Positions 8,701 through 17,318 of a stretch of DNA of 32,000 nucleotides are shown here, one piece after another; positions within the stretch are counted from its first letter, which is position 1; every line of letters starts with the position of its first letter. Under the pieces are notes generated by a model. The model worked only from the letters and a program-made list of their open reading frames with translations. It searched no databases and was not told the DNA's origin. Made by a program: the position numbers and the translations under genes. The stretch covers positions 1 to 32,000 of the forward strand of contig JAQBPN010000060.1 of the NCBI GenBank assembly GCA_028287505.1, written 5' to 3'. The DNA is from Fibrobacterota bacterium. GTDB lineage: Bacteria > Fibrobacterota > Fibrobacteria > UBA11236.

Positions 8701-10384
8701 CTTGGACACTTCGGGCACGGCCGTGGCCGTCAATTCGCTCAAGCGGGATATCGATTTCGTCATCGGCGCGGAAAAGCACGATACGGCGGTCAAGGCGGAG
8801 ATCCTCAGCCAGGGCACCGCGCCCCTGCTGATCCTTTCCGTGGCCACCAAGAATAACGACCGGAAATGGCTGGACTTCAAACTGGAATGGATCACGGGTT
8901 CGCCGCCCCGGCTGGACAGCGCGCGGTTCTCCGGCGCCACCAACGTGAACGCTCTGGCGGGAGGCAAGACCGTTTCCCTGCCCCCCGGGACCGCCTTGGA
9001 TTTTGATTTCCGTTTTTTCAGCGACTCCTTGCGCGGTGATTCCGTGCTTACGGACACCCTGGTGGTGCTGACCAACGATTTCGTGAATCCGATCCTGAAA
9101 ATCCCTTTCCGCCTGGAACACCGGGATCTCCCCCTGGTCCGCCTGGAGGTGCTCGGGACCCCCGCCGCGGGCCCCCCCGGGGGCTTCAACGCTTCCGGCC
9201 TTCCCAAGCTGGTGCCGGCGCGATCCACGCTCTCCATGGTCTTTTCGGAAACGGTGCGCGTCCCGGACCCGGCCAAGATGTTCCGCGTGTATTCCTATCT
9301 GGATTCGCTCAAGAACCCGGCCGGATTCGAGATCATCCCCGGCGCTTACGAGTACCGTCTTCGCAAGGCGGGGCTGGGAAAGATCGCCGCTGCATCGGAC
9401 TCTCTGGCGGATACCGTGGTCTTCACTCCCAAGTACATCAAGGCTTCCGACTCCCTCAAGGTCATGCCCGGGCCCGGTTTTTTCATCTACCGGGACATAT
9501 TGCACATCCGCCTGTCCAACGCCATCACCGACAAGTCCGGCAACGGCCTGGACCTGCGGCTGGACAAGAAGGTGCGGGCCCCCGGCAGTTTCGACACCGT
9601 GTTCCAGGCGCGGGTGGATACCAGCCTTTTCAGGGTCGTGTCCACGCAGCCGGAAGCGGGCTCCAATGGCTGGAACCCGGAAGGGACCATCAAGATCCGG
9701 TTCAACCGCAAGCTCTCCAAGGGTCCGCCCGCGGGAACGGATTCCCTCACCCTGCTGGCCTTGAACGCCCTGAAGGCCGGGGACAACCGGAGCGTGCACG
9801 TTACCTCCGTCTACAGGCCGGGCAAGACCTATGATTTCCAGTTCCTGTCCCTGGCGGACAATGATTCCTCCCTGGTTTTCAGGACGCGGCCCCTGCTTCC
9901 CTCGCGGGACACGGTGAGCATCTCCCTGTCGGGCGGAATCCTGGACACTTCCGGACTCTCCCTGGACGGCAACGGCGACAAGTTCCCCAATTGGCTGTAC
10001 GACAAGAGGGATACGGTGGATTCCTACGGGTTCACCTTCATCACCACGGACGCGGACTTCTACGTCTTTCCCAATCCATTCCGTTTCGCCGATTCCCGCC
10101 ATCGGGACAAGGGGACCATCACCTTCAAGAACCTGAATTCCCTGCGGGGATACGGGATCGGCAAGGACGTGGTCCTGCGCGTGCATACCATGACCGGGGA
10201 CCTGGTCTACAATTCCAAGACCTCCTCCAAGCAATACGGGCCGGACAACCTGCTCAGCACCAGCCTGGATTGGGACCTGACCAACGACCATGGAAGCGTG
10301 GTGGGCACCGGCGTCTACATCTACACCTTGATGACCGAAGGGAGCAAACTGCTCCACAAGGGCAAGGTCGCCGTAGTCCGGTAA
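5783..10384 (+). CDS. Very large exported protein: N-terminal signal sequence, propeller-like N-terminal region, multiple Ig-like (SbsA/Big_5-type) modules, C-terminal FlgD-Ig-like/T9SS-type sorting domain
   Basis: 1533-aa uninterrupted ORF. TTG 5783 lies 5 nt after AAGGA and overlaps fliJ by 11 nt; the alternative ATG 5831 gives MRYGKLAAVLLVAGAWLPVRALV, a signal peptide. Composition is that of a normal soluble beta-rich protein, unlike the R/G/P-rich shadow ORFs over the same DNA. The C-terminal domain is listed separately. Confidence 0.85.
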   Translation: MDNENPIFISDPPRPVMRYGKLAAVLLVAGAWLPVRALVHSVSDFRQDSSAAAGDKFRLDGGWGDSLMLDAQFFRYTTAKTVRLSDGHFNNGGSGAGPIVSNIGLFRFKVAYVAWNGTTHDATNGPNNLEAPRANIVTRTIDLSPDTAATDDAAVIIASQENVTEIPPKIFYLSGPPAPTYMNFATDGNQFAAYWGSATPSGPIRRTTSRDPQIGTYVIPASPVIMGELGRMSSCLIPGSGGTKTMVAYETNFSPGKFEVRWEDITAGTSVVSVTYVRPVLPADFAVAADSSGNSVVLWREDADLYGVAFNAAHVEIMAPILLQSNVVFQEDSVPTIQHFYRPYSVAGMTRGNFLIAYSAATGATSDIYSRTLALPIGPQAYALGGQVALSPPGPFFCLFPDLAVTADRVTAAWYQRPNVGGLRKMMGSIFQKVGTGLTLAGRTDIDMAGENLGFSSTGPKWNRYHWFHAANVAMDAKGNVVAAYDSGAHAKVALVRNTPIYYDSASFLSKSLKVENPAIPAFVFNPASDSVTFLPFRPTTTDSLNTHIRIALSPDNTFSGAGSAYHPLPAAQKAASGFYRYGVDLLTVKTGNPSNTNLTTPKLKALDIEYNVKPFTPGVDSIKPGSRPQSAYNPAGPYPLLTRKDSLKLVCSGFDADDAGLEFRISLGGTLLKAVVGTRVSPGNYTATLDFLPPDTLMNPLILALTTVDQGAWSSRPLILSFGFRNSPPAQTLTVYRNRGWDSASVFRPFGGGVDTISPVNGGLLVIQDGDSLTLKARYADSNDNSVTATWLRNSVILGSRTLPVTDSVAFRFSPDTLAPAIDTAVAKVGDKDTTVTFRIPVRLNHVPSVDSVYHADYKGKDSILKVGPFDKVRNFATDTGLTIPPGLLTTIGGGFSDVDLTAGDSLSVIWRVWKQPPLCAKGNLSCYIKTDSGTGLTLSRVFSIQEQYLTVRVTDAFGAFRERGLFLEYPVLDTSGTAVAVNSLKRDIDFVIGAEKHDTAVKAEILSQGTAPLLILSVATKNNDRKWLDFKLEWITGSPPRLDSARFSGATNVNALAGGKTVSLPPGTALDFDFRFFSDSLRGDSVLTDTLVVLTNDFVNPILKIPFRLEHRDLPLVRLEVLGTPAAGPPGGFNASGLPKLVPARSTLSMVFSETVRVPDPAKMFRVYSYLDSLKNPAGFEIIPGAYEYRLRKAGLGKIAAASDSLADTVVFTPKYIKASDSLKVMPGPGFFIYRDILHIRLSNAITDKSGNGLDLRLDKKVRAPGSFDTVFQARVDTSLFRVVSTQPEAGSNGWNPEGTIKIRFNRKLSKGPPAGTDSLTLLALNALKAGDNRSVHVTSVYRPGKTYDFQFLSLADNDSSLVFRTRPLLPSRDTVSISLSGGILDTSGLSLDGNGDKFPNWLYDKRDTVDSYGFTFITTDADFYVFPNPFRFADSRHRDKGTITFKNLNSLRGYGIGKDVVLRVHTMTGDLVYNSKTSSKQYGPDNLLSTSLDWDLTNDHGSVVGTGVYIYTLMTEGSKLLHKGKVAVVR
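10058..10381 (+). other. C-terminal FlgD-Ig-like / por_Secre_tail-like (T9SS type A) domain of the giant protein
   Basis: The 108-aa tail FYVFPNPFRF...GTITFKNL...VVLRVHTMTGDLVY...LDWDLTNDHGSVVGTGVYIYTLMTEGSKLLHKGKVAVVR fits the recalled signature (PNPF, a short beta strand, hhhYDhxGxhV, WDGxxxxGxxVxxGVYhYxL, basic end). Not HMM-verified. Confidence 0.7.
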
Positions 10385-10526
10385 TCCCCGAATCCGGGCC
10401 GGGAAGCCGATCCGGTAACGCGCAGGAAAGCGTCCTTCCTCCAAAACCGCGCTTTTGCACCCGGAAATCGGACCGGAATGCGGGAATCCGGTGCAATCAG
10501 GGCCCCTTTTTCCTAATTTGTTCCCC

Positions 10527-13432
<2,906 letters not shown>

Positions 13433-13436
<4 letters not shown>

Positions 13437-14089
13437 ATAGCGTCCTGGACGTGATCGCCGGGCATCCCGGTTTTTTCTCTCTCGAGGGCGTGGACGGCAG
13501 CGGGAAAACCACCCAGCTCGCCCTCCTCGCCGATCGTCTCAGGCAACAAGGCCGGGACGTCCTCACCGTCCGGGAACCGGGCGGCACGCCGGTCTCGGAT
13601 AAAATCCGCCAGTTGATCCTATCTCCCGAAAACCCCATCGTACCTGCGGCGGAGTTGCTGCTTTTCTCGGCTGCGCGCGCGCAATTGGTCGCGGATGTGA
13701 TCGCGCCCGCCCTGCGCGCCGGCAAAATCGTCCTGGCCGATCGCTTCGGCTGGTCCACCCTGGCATATCAGGGGTATGGCCGGGGGATGGATCCCGGCCC
13801 CATCCGGGAGCTTTTCCGGATTGCGTGCGGAGATGTCTGGCCCTTGCACAGTTTCCTGCTGGACTTGCCCGTGACTTCCATGCGCGGCCGCCTGGAAGCC
13901 GGCGGCCGGCCCGCGGATCGCATGGAAAGGGAAGACTCGTCGTTCTTCGATCGGGTCCGGCAAGGATACCTGAGCATCGCCAAGGAAAATCCCGATCGGT
14001 TCACCGTGATCGATGCCGGTCGCGCGCCGGAAGCAGTGCACCAGGCCATCGTGTCCGGGCTTTCGCCCATGCTTCCGGCCTTCCGGTAG
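13433..14089 (+). CDS. tmk: Thymidylate kinase
   Basis: P-loop FFSLEGVDGSGKTT, REPGGT, and a LID-like RMEREDSSFFDRVRQGY. GTG 13433 overlaps the secA stop (GTGA). The track ORF from 12911 is an out-of-frame overlap with secA and was not used. Confidence 0.9.
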
Positions 14090-14119
14090 GCCCCCCGGTA
14101 GAATAGCGCACTCAAGGAT

Positions 14120-14152
14120 CGGACGGTCAGGGACGACCGGACGGTCAGGGAC
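14120..14152. repeat. Direct repeat cggacggtcagggac x2 (18-nt period) at the tmk / TPR-gene convergent junction
   Basis: 14120-14134 and 14138-14152 are identical 15-mers. The second copy contains the stop codon (tca, 14145-14147) of the minus-strand TPR gene; the first copy carries the same triplet 18 nt downstream. Confidence 0.85.
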
Positions 14153-15587
14153 CGTGGGTGTGGAAAGCCAGCAATTCCGCCACCCGCGCCGAGGGCACCG
14201 GCACTCCTTCGATTCCCCCCGACTCGCCCAATCCCTTCCCGCCCTGAGGCGAGTTCCGCTTCCAGGCGAATCGACTCCCGTTTTGTTTCAGGGCGGCGTC
14301 CAAAAGAGACGCGGCATCCCGTTCCTTTCCCGCATGCCAGGCGATGAGGGCCGCATGGCAAAGCAGGTTCGGCTCGCGGCCGCTCCCTTGCAGGGCCGAT
14401 AGGGAATTGCGATAGGCCGCGGCGACGCTTCCCCGCTTGTAGAGGACCCAGGCCAGGCAATCGAAACCTTCCTGGGTGCGCCGCGCCTCCAGGTCGCGCT
14501 CCGCGTATTGGAGCGCTTGGCTCCGGCTGGAATCGGTTTCCGACAACAGAAATGCCAAAGGACGATAGTTCAAGCGTTCACTGATCGGATCTCCGGTGGC
14601 GGCCTTCAAGTAAGCCGCTTTGAGGGCCTGGGCGGCTTCCGGTTGGCCCAGTTCCGTTTGCAGGCGCATGCGGTCGAGCAAAAGCGAAGCATGGCCGCCA
14701 TTGCGGACAGCCGTTTCCAGCAGGCGATCCGCCGCTTCCAGGTTCCCATCCCAGGCATAGGCGAGCCGGGCGATGCCTTCAAGGGCCGCAGGATAACCGG
14801 GCGATCGATCGAGGGCGGCGAGATACTTCCGCAGGGCCGCGCGGGGATTGCCTGCTTTGTCCGCGAGGCCGCCCATTTCCGAGAGATACCAGGCCAAAAC
14901 CGGCGGAGGGAGCGAGGCGGCGATGGCCTCCGAATAGGCGAAGGCGAGCCCGGACTGCGCGGCGGCAAGGTCCCCTTTCCAGGCATGGAGACGGGCCCGC
15001 CGCGTTGCCAGGCCGGAAGATTCCAGGCCCGAAGCGACGCCCGGCCGGGACGCCGTATCGAGTTGCGCTTGCGCCTCCGCGTAGTTCCCGGTGGCGAACA
15101 GAGCATCGAAGAGCGGTAGTCTCCCGGCGTCCTTATCATCCGCGCCGGAAAGCAGCAATCCTTTGCGCGCGTGGGCGAGCGCCTCCGGGAACCGGTGGGC
15201 CGCCAACAGACATGCGGCGTATGCGGAATGGACTTCCGCCCGGGAGGAATCCGCCCGGAGCAGGGATTCATACCGGGACTGCGCCTGGAGCAAATCGGGG
15301 ATGCGGCCCGCGGCCTGGAACCGGGAGAGATAGAGCCGGGCCAATCGGCCTTGGGCCAGGGGATCTTCTCCCTTCCTTTCCAGCAGACGGGCTTCCAGGA
15401 ACCGGATCCCGTCCGCCTCGAAAGGCGGGGCGAGAGCGCTTTTCCCCAGCGCGCGGGCGAGCCTGTCCGGATCGACCACGGCGCCGGGAATGCCGATCCA
15501 GAACAGGGACAGCAGGAACAAGGCCGCCGCTGCGAATCCGCACCCGGCGATCCAGGAAGGCCTGACTGGCGCGCGGGGGATTTTCAT
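14145..15587 (-). CDS. Membrane-anchored tetratricopeptide-repeat (TPR) protein
   Basis: About 480 aa from ATG 15587, which lies 4 nt after the upstream gene's stop (ATG 15641 is an alternative start). N-terminal TM IAGCGFAAAALFLLSLFWIGIPG. The rest is Ala/Leu-rich with repeated TPR-like A..Y..A....G....A...L..AL units. Confidence 0.8.
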   Translation of the reverse strand: MKIPRAPVRPSWIAGCGFAAAALFLLSLFWIGIPGAVVDPDRLARALGKSALAPPFEADGIRFLEARLLERKGEDPLAQGRLARLYLSRFQAAGRIPDLLQAQSRYESLLRADSSRAEVHSAYAACLLAAHRFPEALAHARKGLLLSGADDKDAGRLPLFDALFATGNYAEAQAQLDTASRPGVASGLESSGLATRRARLHAWKGDLAAAQSGLAFAYSEAIAASLPPPVLAWYLSEMGGLADKAGNPRAALRKYLAALDRSPGYPAALEGIARLAYAWDGNLEAADRLLETAVRNGGHASLLLDRMRLQTELGQPEAAQALKAAYLKAATGDPISERLNYRPLAFLLSETDSSRSQALQYAERDLEARRTQEGFDCLAWVLYKRGSVAAAYRNSLSALQGSGREPNLLCHAALIAWHAGKERDAASLLDAALKQNGSRFAWKRNSPQGGKGLGESGGIEGVPVPSARVAELLAFHTHGP

Positions 15588-15591
15588 TCCG

Positions 15592-16104
15592 TCAATGGGG
15601 TCCGGCCAGGAATGGAAACTCCGCGCTGAAGGCGGTATCATTGGCGTTCACGTGATCGCTGTGGAGAGCGGGCAGGGTGGGGCCGACCGCCACCGTCAGG
15701 GCGATGTCCGCCGCGTCATCCTCCAATTTCCGTCCGTCCAGGGCCGCGAAGTCCGACGTCGCCGATCCGAGTTTGGCGGGCAATTCATCGGGCAGCAGCA
15801 GCAAGACCGTCGCCTCCGGATCCGCATTGGCCACGGCCCCCAGCACCGTTTTGAATTGGGCCTTATAGTTCACCAGGTCCGAGTCCGGCCCGCGTTGGTT
15901 GTAGAGGGTTTTGCTGAAACCGGAGACGGTTTTCGGATGGTTGAAAACCGTGTTCAACGCGGGGATGCCCATCCTGTCCACCTGCGTGAAGGACGCATTT
16001 TCGGAATCCGAATCGTTATCGTTGCAGGCCGGGAAAAACACGGGCGTGCATAAGCCGACGGCCGCGGCAAAGGCAAGGGTCGAGACGCGATTGGAAACGT
16101 TCAT
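15592..16104 (-). CDS. DUF4331 C-terminal-half protein with its own export signal
   Basis: 170 aa. Hydrophobic N-terminus STLAFAAAVGLCTPVFFPAC, then QVDRMGIPALNTVF...LLLPDELPAKL...DGRKLEDDAADIALTV...NDTAFSAEFPFLAGP, which matches the C-terminal half of DUF4331 as recalled. AGGAGG SD 6 nt upstream. Confidence 0.8.
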   Translation of the reverse strand: MNVSNRVSTLAFAAAVGLCTPVFFPACNDNDSDSENASFTQVDRMGIPALNTVFNHPKTVSGFSKTLYNQRGPDSDLVNYKAQFKTVLGAVANADPEATVLLLLPDELPAKLGSATSDFAALDGRKLEDDAADIALTVAVGPTLPALHSDHVNANDTAFSAEFPFLAGPH

Positions 16105-16110
16105 GCCGGT

Positions 16111-16116
16111 CCTCCT
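16111..16116 (-). promoter_or_regulatory. Consensus Shine-Dalgarno AGGAGG between the two DUF4331 half-genes
   Basis: The minus strand reads TGA-AGGAGG-ACCGGC-ATG: stop of the upstream half, a perfect SD, a 6-nt spacer, then the start of the downstream half. Confidence 0.75.
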
Positions 16117-16860
16117 TCAATTCTTTTTGCTTGTGGTGGCCCACGTGTAAAAGGCCGCGTCCGCGGCGATGCCCAGTTTCTGGGCCAGCAGGGATTTGGG
16201 CACCTCCACCACGATGGAGAGGATATTGGCCCCTTTGAAATCATCCGTGCCCGGATTGGAGAAGGCGAGGCTCTGCGCCGACGAGTCCCCGACCGGGACT
16301 TTCAAGGCCGCGGAATAGGCCGCGTTCAGGACGCTGGTGAGGCTGGAATCCCCCAGCAGATGCAGGAAAAAGGGATCATCCCGGGGACCCGTGAAGACGG
16401 TAAGGCCGTTTCCCTGGAACACCGTGTTGAATTGGCCGGAGGTGGGGCCCGATGCCAAAAGGACGTTCTTGGCGGTCCCCTTGACCACCGGGGCCTCGGG
16501 TCCCCGCACTTCGGCCGTCTGCGTGGCGCCGGTGCCGTTGAACCGGACCTGGATCACGGCGTCTTCGATGCCGTCCCGTTCCTTGTCGAGCTTGAACTGG
16601 TAGAGTCCGTTGGGATTGAAAAAGGCGGTGGTGGTCGCAGCCCCGGGAGTGAGGAAGGGGGCGACATTCATGACGAAAACCATCGAGTCCGCCCGGGAGA
16701 ATACGTAGAGGTCGGTTATGTCCAGGTTGCCTTCGTCCGTATCGGGAGAGTCCTTGTGGTCGGCGGCAAAGGCGGCGGGAGGCAAGGCCGTGACAAAAAG
16801 GCATAGGCCCAATCGGCACAATACACTCCGGAACTTTCCGACATTTTTTTTCGGGATCAT
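16117..16860 (-). CDS. DUF4331 N-terminal-half protein (secreted)
   Basis: 247 aa from ATG 16860, with AAGGAG 6 nt upstream. Signal peptide ...CLFVTALPPAAFA, then ADHKDSPDTDEGNLDITDLYVF...LYQFKLD...GPRDDPFF...GANILSIVVEVP, which is the DUF4331 N-terminal pattern as recalled. Confidence 0.8.
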   Translation of the reverse strand: MIPKKNVGKFRSVLCRLGLCLFVTALPPAAFAADHKDSPDTDEGNLDITDLYVFSRADSMVFVMNVAPFLTPGAATTTAFFNPNGLYQFKLDKERDGIEDAVIQVRFNGTGATQTAEVRGPEAPVVKGTAKNVLLASGPTSGQFNTVFQGNGLTVFTGPRDDPFFLHLLGDSSLTSVLNAAYSAALKVPVGDSSAQSLAFSNPGTDDFKGANILSIVVEVPKSLLAQKLGIAADAAFYTWATTSKKN

Positions 16861-17318
16861 GAGCAGCTCCTTCGCTTGGAGGTTCCAAAAAATCATTTGC
16901 GCGGCCGCAAGGCAAGGTTTTTTTTGGACTTTTTACGCGCCGAATAACGACCAATAAAAATGGTTATTGCTCCGGATCGCTTTCCGTCCCCCCGTTCCGG
17001 GACCGGGAACCGGAGGGATGGGTTTCCGGGATCGCCGGATCGGTTCGAGACCATTCAAGTAAAACCTAAGGCGGTTCCGGCCGGCTGCGGGTTCGGCTCC
17101 CTTTCCCGGGTTTCGGGGCCGGGACCCCGAAAGCGGCGGAAATCGGCGTTTGCTTTTCCCCCCGGAAAGGGGTTAATCCATCGAAATTTGTACATTCCCT
17201 TGACGGTCGTATCTGGAAAACGGCCGGATCTTTCAAACCGACCGGGTCGCTTTATTCCGGCAGAGATGATAAGATCGGGATTAGGGGGATCGCTCCTCCG
17301 TTTGTGTTAAGGACAAAG

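Noticed and set aside
7861-9178. C7 homopolymer tracts inside the giant gene (7861-7867, and 9172-9178 followed by G5)
   Set aside because: They encode Pro-Pro/Gly-Gly in a GC-rich gene, and such tracts arise by codon bias alone. I cannot see any evidence of frameshifted alleles, so they are not called as phase-variation sites.
16960-17310. 116-aa plus-strand ORF filling the long DUF4331/ctpA intergenic region
   Set aside because: No SD. The product is R/G/P/S-rich and predicted disordered (…GTGNRRDGFPGSPDRF…GPGPRKRRKS…) with no hydrophobic core pattern. The region is more likely non-coding, and it is flagged as a possible RNA or UTR instead.
16873-17318. Known structured RNAs (RNase P RNA, tmRNA, SRP RNA, 6S RNA, common riboswitch cores) in the long intergenic region
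   Set aside because: None of the conserved core sequences I can recall is present on either strand. Examples are GAGGAAAGTCC for RNase P, a tmRNA tag reading frame or TCCACCA end, the SRP GGAAGCAGCC, the TPP CTGAGA and the cobalamin GCCACTG. 6S RNA has no conserved core sequence to match by eye, so it is not excluded. No ncRNA feature is called.
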